The notes below the pieces were generated by a model. It was given only the letters and a program-made list of their open reading frames with translations. It was not told the DNA's origin and searched no databases. Below are positions 1 to 12,772 of a stretch of DNA of 64,000 nt, one piece after another (positions within the stretch are counted from its first letter, which is position 1; the number at the start of each line of letters is the position of its first letter). Source of the DNA: Azolla caroliniana (Eukaryota; Plantae; Polypodiophyta). Made by a program: the position numbers and the translations under genes. Where the stretch lies: positions 9,858,001 through 9,922,000 of the forward strand of contig JBHGNT010000009.1 in assembly GCA_043228905.1 (NCBI GenBank), given 5' to 3'.

Positions 1-1050
1 AGCTAATTAGCTACTTTACTAACTATGGTAGTAGCTAGGATAGCTAATTAGCTACTTTATTAACTATGGTGGTAGCTAGGATAGCTAATTAGCTACAATG
101 AAAGCTAATTAGCTACTTTCTCAACTATGTAGTAGCTAGGATAGCTTATTAGCTACTAGGACAGCTAATTAGCTGCCAGTAGCTAATTAGCTACTAGGAT
201 AGCTAATTAGCTACTTTACACAACTATGTCAGTAGCTAATTAGCTACTATGATAGCTAATTAGCTAGTAGGATAGCTAATTAGCTAGTAGGATAGCTAAT
301 TAGTTGCCAGTAGCTAATTAGCTAGTAGGATAGCTAATTAGCTTTTTTACACAACTATGGTACTAGCTAATTAGCTAGTACCATAGCTAACTAGCTACTA
401 GGATAGCTTATTAGCTACTTTACACAACTATGTCAGTAGCTAATTAGCTACTATGATAGCTAATTAGCTAGTAGGATAGCTAATTAGCTAGTAGGATAGC
501 TAATTAGTTGCCAGTAGCTAATTAGCTAGTAGGATAGCTAATTAGCTATTTTACACAACTATGGTACTAGCTAATTAGCTAGTACCATAGCTAACTAGCT
601 ACTAGGATAGCTTATTAGCTACTTTACACAACTATGTCAGTAGCTAATTAGCTACTATGATAGCTAATTAGCTAGTAGGATAGCTAATTAGCTAGTAGGA
701 TAGCTAATTAGTTGCCAGTAGCTAATTAGCTAGTAGGATAGCTAATTAGCTTTTTTACACAACTATGGTACTAGCTAATTAGCTAGTACCATAGCTAACT
801 AGCTACTAGGATAGCTTATTAGCTACTTTACACAACTATGGCAGTAGCTAATTAGTTACTAGGATAGCTAATTAGTTGCCAGTGGCTAATTTAGCTAGTA
901 GGATAGCTATTTAGCTTTTTTACACAACTATGGTACTAGCTAATTAGCTAGTACCATAGCTAATTAGCTACTAGGACAGCTAATTAGCTAGTAGCTCATT
1001 AGCTGCCAGTAGCTAATTAGCTAGTAGGATAGCTAATTAGAAAAGACTAA
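1..1050. repeat. Satellite of short subunits containing the palindrome TAGCTAATTAGCTA, organised in a 204-bp higher-order unit
   Basis: The landmark TTTACACAACTATG(T/G)CAGTAGC recurs at 215, 419, 623 and 827 (period 204). The array runs off the left edge of the window. Confidence 0.95.
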
Positions 1051-1055
1051 GCTTA

Positions 1056-3158
1056 TTAGCTACAGTATGGTATACCTGTTTGTTTTCTCCACTCATTTGG
1101 TAGAGTTGTACTGCAATCTCCCAAACAGAATGTAGCAATTCGACAGGCATGTTGAAAACAAAGCAGATGGTATGTGTGGTTGCATGGTTGTAGGTGAACC
1201 AACAAAGACGCAGTTTTGTCCTCCACACCTAACCCGCAAGCGATGCAACGTGCTTGAACTGTCAATAAATCATTTTCTGGTTCTACTTCATTTGGTAAGG
1301 GAGCAAGAATGTTCAGGTCCAAATCCTGTCTGGTCCTTACCATTTCCTCCACAAAATGTAGCTTCTTCTTAAGGCAGCTAACTACCTGTTCTTGATGAAT
1401 GTATTGTTCCTTCAACGCAACAGAGAAATTTACCGATTAATTATTCTTGTTGTTGAAAGATACACCAACTTTGCTCAGGAATCGTTAACTTACTTGAAGC
1501 TTATCCAAATTGTAATCTGCAACAGTATTTACACCTAGAAGGTCCAGGTTCATTGAAAGAACCTGGATCTCTATTTGCAGTTCTATTTTACGCTGGGGAT
1601 CCAGTGGCCCCTCTAATTCAAGCTCCTGTTGCGCAACCTATTCCAGATAATGCTTGATTAGCACATTTTACCCGTTATTTATAACACAATCACATACCAG
1701 CAAAACAATAGTTACCTGAATCTTATTTCTAATTGTTGTAACAGCAGAAGTAACTTTGCTCTCCATTGCAGAAGCCATTGTGGCTTTCTCTAAATCAGTC
1801 TTAAAAAATGCCAATGTCTCACAGGCTTCATGGACATTTTTTAGCATATAGCTAACCAATGTCTCACCTGTATCATCGACATTGGCTTTCCTTGGGTGTC
1901 GGTGTGGTGTATGCCCCCGGTCTTGCTGGGAGTCGGCAGTTGCATCAACAGCTGCCATGCTCCAAAATCTGTCTATTTTTTGTGCCAAGGTCCCCATCTT
2001 TCGGCATCTTTTTACCGATGCCTCACCATAGACTGCCCAAGCTACCCTATACATTTCAGGGTCTCTAGATTCCTTCGCTGTTTTGCAGTACTCATATGCA
2101 AATGCTCTAGCAAATGAAACTGACAACTCATTGTTGACTGGGATCTCCTGATGAACTTTCTGGTGCAGTCTCATGCAGTCATCGTACAAGTCGGCTCGTA
2201 CATGCTTCAGCTTGACCTTGCCTTTGACTCTAGGCACTGTATATACTGTCATCCAGTCTATATCACTGATCAATTTATCACTTAGGACAGCAGGGTCAAC
2301 ACCCTCGAGTGACAGACCATAGGTGTTGTGGAAGTCCTCCTTTGTCTCGCAAAATTTTGCGAAGTTTAGCACTCTCGTATACGGAGGAACGAGCCATCTG
2401 AAATATCATTTCAGAAATCAGAAATAGTGCAAAATCAGAATATGTGAGAATCAAAAACCCCAATCAACAACAACAAAAATGGTGCAAAATCTTTAACTTA
2501 ACCTAATCAAAATCTGTAATCAGAAGTTTGAAATCAGAAACCCTAATCAAAATCTGTAATCAGAAGTTTGTAACCAGAAACCTTATTCAGAAATTCTAAT
2601 CAGAAATTTATAATCAAAAACCCTAATCAGAAATTTCAATCAGAAACCCTAATAAAAAATTTCAATCACAAACCCTAATCAGAAATCCTAAGCAGAAATT
2701 TATAAACAAAAACCCTATTCAGAAATTCTAATTTGTAATCAAAATTTGTAACCAGAAACCCTATTCAAAAATTCTAATCAAAAATTTATAATCAAAAACC
2801 CTAATCAGAAATTTCAATCACAAACCCTAATCAAAAATTTCAATCACAAACCCTAATCACTAAAGACAGGATTAAACACAAAAAAAGTAATATAAACACA
2901 CCTGTTGCTACTCCCCGATTTGCGAGACATCCTTGTATGGGACTCCAAGGACTTCGCCCTATTCGATTTTGGGGAAATATGAATCGGCACCAAAGTTCAG
3001 ACAGTAGTCAAAATGAAAAAACAAATGTTTGGGGTTTCTGTAACTGAAACATACCTGGACGATGATCGAGCGGGTTCTGTGTTGTAGCTCTCAATCTGCA
3101 ATGTCGATTTTTTGCTGTTGCGGGAGCTACGTCTGCGTTCGTGCTCTGAGTACTCCAT
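1056..3158 (-). CDS. Five-exon gene (~446 aa): unknown N-terminal domain, coiled-coil-like middle, C-terminal RING-H2 finger
   Basis: Exons 3158-3055, 2958-2902, 2397-1716, 1637-1494 and 1409-1056 join in frame through GT-AG introns with no internal stop. The C-terminus has CIAC-x17-CNHTYHLLC-x10-CLGDC. The first exon is less certain (alternative ATG at 2930). Confidence 0.75.
2405..2862. repeat. Intronic minisatellite rich in AAACCCTAAT (telo-box/plant-telomere-like motif)
   Basis: Repeated AAACCCTAATCAGAAATTT-type units inside intron 2901-2398. Confidence 0.85.
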
Positions 3159-3502
3159 CTGCGTTCAAAATCAGACTTAGGCTAAACAGGAAATTGATGA
3201 CATTGAAGTCGACCTTAGATGATGGTGATATTCCCCAAGTTCCACTACGTCTGAAACAGAAGTTCAAATATTTGAGTTTTTTCATAAATTAGTTTTTCAA
3301 ATATTTGATTTTCCCACAAGAAAGACTAGCTAAACAAATAGCTAATTAGCTATGGCCATTTTAGTAGCTAATTAGCTATAATAGTGTTTCCACTCGCATG
3401 CTTTTACCCAGTCCCCTTTTTAATAATAGTGAACATACCCTTCACTAATGTAAATATTAGTGACCTACCCTCACCAACGTTATGTGTACATAACATACTC
3501 CC

Positions 3503-6500
3503 CTACTTCAAAAGATTGCACTCTTGCAATATAAAGTGAGGAAATTGTGCCTTAAGCGAATGCTCGCGTTCCCATGTGGCATCATCAATAGGTTTATCCA
3601 TCCATTTGATCTTGAATAGCCGAATCTCTTTAGAACGTAAACGTTTAGTACGAGAATCAAGAATTCGTTCAGGAACATGAGGTTTGTAAGAAAAATCCTC
3701 TAATGTTACAAGATCTTGGATTGTGATGGTGTTATCACCAGAGCCTAAAAATGGTTTTAGACGACTGACGTGAAAAACAGGATGAATACCAACGTTACGA
3801 GGTAAGGCAAGGTGATAAGCAGATGACCCAACTCGCTTAAGGATTTCAAATGGGCCACAATATCGTGGGGCTAACTTAGCGCACTTGCCCGTAGATAATG
3901 ACGTAGAATCAGTCGGGACACGCAAAAAACTTTTTGACCAATAGTAAATGCACGAGGACGTCTATCCTGATCAGCATAAAATTGAGCACGATCTTGAGCT
4001 GTCTTGACATTTTCTTTGGCAATATGCAACATTTGGTTCATGTCTTGCAAAAAATTGCGTGTACTGTCTAATGTATCACGATGAATCGTGACATCAACTG
4101 GGGCACGTGGCTGAAAACCATACATCAACATAAAAGGACTATATCCAGTGGATGTATGTTTAGAGCTATTATAGGCAAATTCTAAGATAGGAAGGTATTG
4201 CTCCCACTTAGAAGGGGTTTTTGCTACATAAGCTCGAAGCATGTCCTCAATAATTTGATTAACTCGTTCAGTTTGTCCATCAGACTGAGGATGATCTGCG
4301 GAACTCATGCTCAACGTAGTTTCTAGTTTCTTAAAGACCTGAGTCCAAAAGTCACTAGTAAACTTGGAATCTCGATCACTAACAATATCCATCGGTAATC
4401 CATAAAAACGAAATAACTCATCAACAAATTGATAAGCCAACTGTTGAGCGGTTACCGTGGTTTTTGTAGGAATAAATCTAGCTAATTTTGTTAGCCTGTC
4501 AACGACAACCCATATGGCATCATGACCCCTCTGTGTACGAGGTAAACTAACAATAAAATCCATCGAGATACTTTCCCATTTATTGTTGGGAATATCTAAG
4601 GGATGTAAAAGACCAGCAGCTTTAAGTCATTCCGACTTATTAATCTGACATTGTAAGCATTGAGTTACGTATTTATGCACGTCAGAGCGCATCTTAGGCC
4701 AGAAAAAAGTACACGAGATGAGAACGAGTGTGCGTTGTATTCCAGGATGACCAGCAGATGGTGCATCATGACATTCATGAAAAATTTTCTGTTTAACATT
4801 TGGTAAATCTGGAACACAAACCTTTCCACTACGGTAGAGCAAACCGTTTGTAATGTGAAAGGTCACCTTCGAGGGTAGGGTGCTAGTATCGGCATCTAAA
4901 CCAGATTCGGCTTTCGTCCAGTATTTTGAGAAATAACTGTCATCAAGGTATTTCCCTCGAAGGTGATCTAAAAGATTAGATTTTATTTCCATGAAGCTAA
5001 GCATGTTAACTTCTTTAATGCGACTAAGAGCATCAGCAACGGTGTTCATAGAACCCTTGCGATATCGTATGGAAAAATCAAAATCTTGCATAAGGTCAGC
5101 CCAACGGCCTTTACGACCAACAAGATCGGGCTGGTCACAAAAATACTTTAATGATTGATGGTCTGTTGTAACCACAAATTTATTTCCATAGAGATAGTGC
5201 CTCCATGTTTTAAGTGCGTGTATCACCGCAAACAACTCTTTCTCTTGAACCGAATACCGAGATTGAGCGGTATCAAGCTTCTTACTTTCAAAAGCAATAG
5301 GGTGACCACCTTGATAAAGAACGGCACCAATAGCATAATCACTAGCATCGGTTTCAATTGAGAAAGGCTTAGAAGGGTCTGGTAATAGAAGAGTGGGAGC
5401 CTGACACACATGCTCCTTGAGTGTCTCAAATGATTTGTCAAGTTGTTCATTCCATGAAATTGGTTTGACAGACTTACGTGGATGACCTTTTAAAAGGTCA
5501 GTTAATGGCGTAGTCAATTTGGAATAGTTACGAATTGATTTTCGTAAAAATCCAACAAACCCTAAGAATGATCTAAGTTCACGAATATTACGAGGAATGG
5601 GCCAAAGTTTAACCTTTTCAATACGAGAAGGTTCAATTTCAACGCCATTTTCTATAATTAAATGACCTAGGTACACAATAGATTTTTGGAAGAAGTCACA
5701 TTTTGAATGTTTTGCATAGAAAGAGTTGTCACGCAACTTTCGCAAAACAAATCGAACATGTTGAACATGATCTTGCAAGGTACGGCTATATATCAAAATA
5801 TCATCCAAGAAGACGACAACAAAATCACCGAGTTGATCTCGGAAAACATCATTCATCGCTTGTTGGAATGTGGCTGGAGCATTAGTCAACCCAAATGGCA
5901 TGACTAAAAACTCATAATGGCCATAGCGCGTACAAAAAGCGGTTTTAGGAATATCATCCTCGGCGATGCGAATCTGATGATAACCAGTTCGTAAGTCAAT
6001 TTTCGTAAAATATCGAGCCCCGTGCAAACGATCAATCAAATCATCGGCACGAGGTAATGGATATGCATTCTTAATTGTCATTTTATTCAGACGGCGATAA
6101 TTGATCCACATTCGCCACGAACCTTCCTTCTTCTTGACTAATAGAACTGGCACACCCCAAGGTGATTTACTATACCTAATGTGGCCCATACTCAAGTATT
6201 CCTTAAGTTGTTTAGCGATCTCATCCTCTTCTAATCGACTAAGTCGGTAAGGTGGAATGCTCACAGGAGCAGCCCCAGGGATGAGTTCAATTTGATGGTC
6301 CACATTACGTTTAGGTGGTAAAGTAAGCGGTAATTCAGTAGAAAACACATCTTGAAAATCCTCTAAAATAGAGTCGAGTAATCGTTGCTCAAAATGTGGT
6401 AATTGTGTGGCGTCAATATTAAAATAATAAAATTGAACCGCAGGATCAATTACACACGAATAAATTAATGAACTAGAATACTCACTTAAAGATTTAGAAG

Positions 6501-7905
6501 ACACAAGTGAATGCGAAGGAAGTTTGGAACATTGAATAAAATGTTTACAATTATTAAGTTCAAATGTGATTGAGTGATGAACCCAATCAATGGACAAAGA
6601 AGGGTTTTTATTAAAAAACCAAGGATATCCTAAAATGACATCTGCGGATTGTAATTTCATAACATGAAAGTCAAGCTTCTCCAAATAAGTATCTATTTGA
6701 ATTGGCAGTTGACAAACAATGCCACTGATGTATTGAACGTTTCCATTTGCCATGTGAACTTGATAGATATGATCACTTGCGTTTATGTGGAGCTCCATTT
6801 GCTGCACAAAGTGATCATTAAGAAAATTGTGAGAACTACCGGAATCAAACAAGAAATGTGCTTGTGTTCCATTGATATATCCGACTGCTCGGAGTAAATC
6901 ATTAGGTCCAAGTAAATGTGAAGGAAAAGTGCATTCACATAAACTTAAGTGATTGGTATGAACTTCAACAATATCAAAAGACTCACCTGTGTGACTCGTA
7001 GATTTGTCTTGAGGAGGGGTGTTCATTGACTTCCTCTCAAGACGACGACAGGTATCCTTTGTGTGGCCCCGCTTCTTGCAATATGCACAGAAGAGGTTCG
7101 GTTTCTTTGAGTCGCGGTCAAGAGTGTCACTGGATTGCTTACGTTTCCCAATGAACTTGACATTCGGAGTTTTGGCGAACTCAGGTTTATTGTGGTCTTT
7201 CTTGGAAGTCCTATGGTATCGCAGCACAATGTTGACGGCTTCCTCGAAAGTTATGGGGTCCTTGTCATGGACAATCCAATGATAATCCCCATTGGGAATA
7301 CCATTCAAACAACAAGCGACAAACCATTTCTCACCCGTAAGTCCCGATTTTTGGATCTGGGTCCGAGCGTGATGCACATAATCCTCGAGAGAGGTAAATG
7401 GCTTACTAGACAATGTGAGCAAGTGTTGCGCTTGTTCGGTTTGAGAAGGTGGCTGCAAGAATTGTTTCTTAAAAACATCAACGAAACCTTCCCAAGTTGT
7501 GGGTAAGTTTTTTGCGGTCCTTAGGCCACGCCACCAAGCAGCAGCTCGGCCACCTAACTCACGACCGACATAACCAATTTTTACTGCATCGAGCTTGGGA
7601 TGAAGCTCAAAGTGAGACTCCCAACGACCAAGCCAAGTGCTAATAGCCTCCTCGGTTCTTTCTTTCTTATCTCCCTTGAAAGGCGTGACTACGAAGGAAG
7701 GTTCACCTTCTTTCTTGGACTCAATAGTTAATTCTTGGAATTTCTTTTCCAATGCCATATTGGCCTGTCTCATTTCGGCCAATTCATTCAAGGTAGTAGT
7801 GAGCAATTGCTCAATAGTGATCTCAGCTTGTGTGCAAGATGCGGATTGGGGTTGAGAGGTCTCATTTGGAGAGATCGTTCCAACTGCGTTCAAAACTTGT
7901 TCCAT
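3503..7905 (-). pseudogene. gag-pol polyprotein of gypsy A, broken by frameshifts near 4627 and 3925
   Basis: Zinc knuckle CAYCKKRGHTKDTC, protease LFDSGSSH, RT FLDDIL, RNase H ETDASD, integrase SDRDSKFTS/HPQSDGQTE, GPF motif and chromodomain PERILDSR..KIKW..ATWE. Confidence 0.92.
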
Positions 7906-8899
7906 GATGCACGCTGTGGGTATGCAATAAAATAAGGAGGTTCAGAAAATACCCAAGCAAAATGAATGCTTGAAATTTTGATTGAAAGAACTTTATCCAA
8001 GAAAGTATCTCATGTCTTTACCCCTCTAGACATATAAGATGTGATTCGAGATCCGATAACTATGGTAACACTATGGTGTTTTAAAAACCATGGGGGAAAA
8101 CATAGCTAAGATGTATTTCTCGGATCTCTATCTTGAGTAATCATGGCGGCTCCCCGAGGCTCAACCATGGTTCTTACATCAATGAAATTTCCTAGATAGC
8201 CTTATATTAATGCCAACCCATCATGTATTATATGGTCGAGAAAGTGTATTACGTGAAAAAACAAGTGCACTCACAAGTAATATTCTAGTCTTGCGAGCAA
8301 TAAGCAAACGTGATGATAAAATGATAAAATAAGGCACTACTCATAAGAGTTAAGTAGTGACGAAAACAAGGGTAAAAAAAAAAAAAAACCCATGTGTTAC
8401 CTACGAAAAAAACAATGTCACAAATAAATGGGAAGTGCAAGGTATGCACATATACATCCCAATATGATTGTTATAACTTGCACAATTGTGACATAAGCCA
8501 CAAATTGATACAAGTGATGACGGTGTTGTGCGCAAAGATGTAATACTCAAATCCATGAGTAAAACATCAATAAGGGAACTCATATGGTTTTACTCGTTTT
8601 CTAAGGCTTGATGATAAGAGTTAAACCTAGATGACCCGTTGAAAAAAAAATCGTTCAACAAGCCACTCCATACGAAAAATTAGTCTACACGTAAAGGTTA
8701 CATTAAAATAAACGATGTCAATACTTTATACATGAAAAGGAAGTGGAAAAAGGAGAGTTAATTGTGGGTGGGTAAATAATAATTACTAGAAAATCATATA
8801 AGTGAAACAATACTTATGAAATTAAAATTTAATTAGAATAATCAACAATTAGGTGTATGGAATCAAACATGCCCTAAGATACGAAACCCTAGGGTAGTT

Positions 8900-9225
8900 G
8901 ACATGCACCTCCTCAAGACCACCACATATCCCTAGAATCGGCCAAGTAATGGCTAATTAAAGAGGAAAGTGGCATAGGTAAGTGACATATACCTCGTCAA
9001 GGCCACATCATCCCTTAGAATCGGCCAATTGATGGCTAATTAAAAAGGAAAGTGGCATATGTAAGCTACATATACCTTGTCAAGGCCACAACATCCCATA
9101 GAATCGGCCAATTGATGGCTTAATAGAGAGTAGAGTGGCATAGGTAGGCAACATACACCTCGTCAAGGCCACATCATCCCTTAGAATCGGCCAAGTGATG
9201 GCTCAATAGAGGGGAAGAGTGGTAT
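8900..9225. repeat. About four ~83-bp tandem repeats in the long 5' leader of gypsy A
   Basis: CCTCGTCAAGGCCACATCATCCCTTAGAATCGGCCAA..GAAAGTGGCATA recurs at ~8907, 8990, 9073 and 9157. Confidence 0.85.
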
Positions 9226-9666
9226 ACTCAACATCATATGCAAAACGGCCATGAGATAAGCGTGTGCGATTAGAGCAAACACGCTCAACCCAATGCACAA
9301 GAATAATTATTATCGTAAGAGTTCAAGAGAGGAGAGAGTGGGATATATATCGCAATACGCAAAAGGCCATGAGTTAAGCGTGTGCGATTAGTGCAAACAC
9401 GCTTGGCCCGATGCATAATAATAAGTAAAATCGTAGCGTAGTAGGAGGTAGAAAGAAAGAGAATAAAACGTAATACCAATTTGATTCGACCATAAAGAAC
9501 GCATAATAGAAAAAGAGAAGAGATCAAAAAAGAAGAATACCGGGTTTAGAGTGTTGTTTTGATCTTGAGAAGAGCATGACGAGCCTTGTTAGATCCCCCT
9601 CACTCACACGCAAAAAACATCAAAACAACAAAAAAAAAAAATTGTTAGTAAAAGCTCTGATACCAC

Positions 9667-10140
9667 TGTTAAGAGTCTATTACTAATCAATAGACCAAAT
9701 CAAGTAAAAAGGAAGAAAATAGATTGGATAGAAGAACCCGTTCCACCCGACCACCCCCGAGCTATGATCTAGACATAGCCAACCTACCACCGACGTCCCA
9801 TACCGCCGGATATTAGGATGACTAATACCTTGGAAGAGATAAACACGATCGTCGAGACGAAAGCCTAGCCCGCACCACCGGTGTCTACGACAGCAGCCTT
9901 CCGACGTGATGATCCTTATGAGGGTAGCTAAGCCTCATATTTATACCTTTTCCTAGGCCCCTTGAATAGATGTGCCTTTCTAAAAGGCTCTCTATTCATT
10001 GGTTGTCTAAATCATGATAGTGCATGCACATATCATTCATTCTATCCAATCATTAGTCCCCTTTTTAATAATAGTGAACATACCCTTCACTAATGTAAAT
10101 ATTAGTGACCTACCCTCACCAACGTTATGTGTACATAACA
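9667..10140 (-). repeat. 5' LTR of gypsy A
   Basis: TG...CA ends with an adjacent iMet PBS. 86 bp are identical to 3410-3495. Confidence 0.93.
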
Positions 10141-11493
10141 TCCGAGTAGAGGGGTTGAAGCACTTGTAGCCCTTTTGCTCCAGTGAGTACCCCACGAGGA
10201 TGGACTTCTCTGATTTTGGGTCAAGCTTCTCATCGGGAATGTGCACATAAGCAATGGAGTCGAATATCCTTACATGGGATAGATCCGACTTCTTCCCATA
10301 GTATTTCTCGTGCGGGGTGACCTCATGCACTCCAGATGTTGTGCACCGGTTCATGAGGTAGACAGCGGTATTTGCAGCTTCTGGCCAATATGACTTAAGC
10401 ATATGCTTCTCGTTGAGCATGGCCCGTGCTACCTCGAGGATGTGCCGATTCTTTCGTTCGGCTACACCATTCTATTGCGGTGTGTGTCGGCAAGTGAATT
10501 CTCGCCAAATTCCTTCTTTTCGAAGATATGCTGTGAATGCATCGGAGAAGTATTCCTTTCCTCAATCTGATCGAAGACATCGTACATGACGCCCAATTGT
10601 CTTTTCGACTTTGCTTTTGAATTTTTGGAAGTGTGTAAATCTTTCGCTCTTCATCCTCATGGGGAAGATCCATGTGTATCTAGAGAAGTCATCGATGAAG
10701 GTAACATAGTACCGACATCCTCCGAACGTAGCCGTCTCTGCCGGTCCCCAAACATCCGAGTGGACTACGTCCAATAGGCCTTTGCTCATGTTCATCTCCT
10801 TCGGGAACGGGTGCCGATATTGCTTGCCGAATTGGTATCCTTCACATACTCCTTCAATCTCTTTCTCTTTAAAGGTTGGGAGCCCGATAAAGACTCCTTT
10901 TGATTGCATCGCCTTGAGTTTGTTGAGATTGATATGGCCGATTCTTTTATGTCATAGCTCTATGTCGGTGTCGGATTTGAGGCCCTTTGCAAACATGGCC
11001 GATTTTACCCCATTCGCTTTGAGGATAAACATTCGGCCTTCCCTTCAATGAAGCAACCTCCTTCTCGATGAAGCAACCTCCTTGGTTGAATCGAACTTGC
11101 ATCCCTTGCTCCACAATTTGGCCGACCGAGACCAAATTCTTCATTATGGTGGGTACATATAAGACATGTTTTATGCCAGTTTGTTCACCTTCTTTCCTGA
11201 ATGGGACATTGCCGACATGCCGAATTGGATGAGTGGTGTCGTCTCCGGTTTCGACATAACCGGGTCGATCCGGCTCTCAAAGGTCTTTGAACAATTCTTG
11301 ATGGGATGTCATATGGTTCGAAGCACTGAAGTCGACGAACCATACATCTTCCGGATTTGAGGCCAAGTTAGTCGAAGTAGAGGACGACATGGAATTTGCT
11401 CTATTTCTCATTACAACCATTTCACCATGATCTTCATAGTCAGAGTTGGTGGCGTAATTGGGGACTTGTCGGCTTGTGGAAGCCGACTCACGC

Positions 11494-12063
11494 TAGTGAA
11501 GATTTGTCACTAGGCGCGGATCGTGAGGCAGAACCACTGGGGTTCTGGACCGAAAGGATTCGAAGTTTGCACTAACTTTAGCGAGAAAGGATTTAAGATA
11601 GATTAAAAGAGAGAGAAATTTAAACGCTTGACTTTGGGTCGAGAGAGATTGATATGGCGTGAGAGAGATAGAGAGAGATTAATTTTGGACCCTTGACTTT
11701 AGATTTAAGAAACAAGATACACCATCAATTGGAGAACAAATTTTCTTCTTCTTAAATTCTTGAAGAATACATAGCATCCTTTTGATCTTTTTCATCCACC
11801 CTTTTATAGATGCTCCCATGCATATGATGCACATGAGGGTACAAGACATGCATACAATGCATGGAATGCATGTGATGCATGTTTGCCATTTGGCGCTCAT
11901 GCATCACATGTCACTCAATCAAGCTCTAATATGAGAATTTACATGTAAAACTATAATGATAGGAAAAACATTTCTAAGGAAATGACATAGCTTAGTGGTA
12001 AGTCTATTGACTCTCAGCTTGGAGGTGCAAGGATTAAATCTTCATTTGCACTCCTTTTGAATA

Positions 12064-12094
<31 letters not shown>

Positions 12095-12772
12095 GTATGT
12101 ATGTATTTTTACAAGGCATTTCTCCGTCCGGTCGTTGTCTCACCGGCTCCGTTGGTCGCCGTCGTCGGATGATGGTTGCCGGTTACTTGCAGAATCTTCA
12201 TTTGCATTCCTTTTGAAAAAATATATATATATATATATGTTTATTATTATTATTATTACTATATATATATATGTATTTTTACAAGGCGTTTCTCCGTCCG
12301 GTCATCGTCTCACCGGCTCCGTTGGTCGCCATCGCCGGATGACGGTTGCCGGTTACCCTTGTCGGATCTGTCCAAAACACATAGTTATATGCATTTGGCT
12401 ACATCCATTTGTTAAGTCATACAACTTAACCTTTCTATGCTCCACACATAGACACAACAATAATAGCTTTTGCTCTACCTTATATATGGTGGGATCCTTA
12501 TTTATCCTGTCTATATGGGATATCACATTGTTTTATTTTTCTCTTCTTCTTTACAAAGTTTATACCCACATAACTTGACACCTAGATGTCCGTTTCCTAC
12601 GGAGTAAAGTGCATTCAAAAGCTCTTCAAGACCTCTATCTGTTTGTACCAAGATATTAAACTTATTTAAATAGTATCTTCATTATTATTGTTTTATATTT
12701 CATGAGAAGAACCACACTCGATTTTGTATATTCTTCACAAGTTTCACACTATTGCCGAAAAGCTTCACGACA
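11494..12772 (-). repeat. 3' LTR of gypsy C
   Basis: Direct repeat of 26030-27144, with indels in the microsatellite region. Confidence 0.92.

Larger units (their letters stand above)
1..3409. mobile_element. Element X: putative DNA transposon or insertion interrupting the 3' LTR of gypsy A (left end outside the window)
   Basis: LTR identity with 10055-10140 stops abruptly at 3410. The satellite motif reappears near the junction (3338-3378). The minus-strand end reads GGGTAAAAGCATGCGAGTGGAAACACTA. No transposase or second end is visible. Confidence 0.5.
3410..10140 (-). mobile_element. Gypsy A: Ty3/gypsy chromovirus, tRNA-iMet primed, 3' LTR interrupted
   Basis: 5' LTR 9667-10140 (TG..CA), PBS TGGTATCAGAGC at 9654-9665, PPT at ~3496-3506. 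The 3' LTR remnant 3410-3495 is identical to 10055-10140. Domain order is gag-PR-RT-RH-IN-chromodomain. Inserted in the integrase region of copia B. Confidence 0.95.

Noticed and set aside
1-1050. Possible CRISPR-like array
   Set aside because: There are no unique spacers, the units are contiguous degenerate satellite copies, the context is eukaryotic and no cas genes are present.
2405-2862. Interstitial telomere or chromosome fusion site
   Set aside because: AAACCCT motifs are separated by other sequence rather than forming (TTTAGGG)n tracts, and they lie in an intron. Kept only as a telo-box-like minisatellite.
12057-12578. Hydrophobic ORFs in gypsy C LTRs and other low-complexity ORFs (e.g. 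14056-14403, 47825-48202) as env-like or membrane proteins
   Set aside because: They translate TA/ATT/GA microsatellites inside LTRs and are not conserved between LTR copies.
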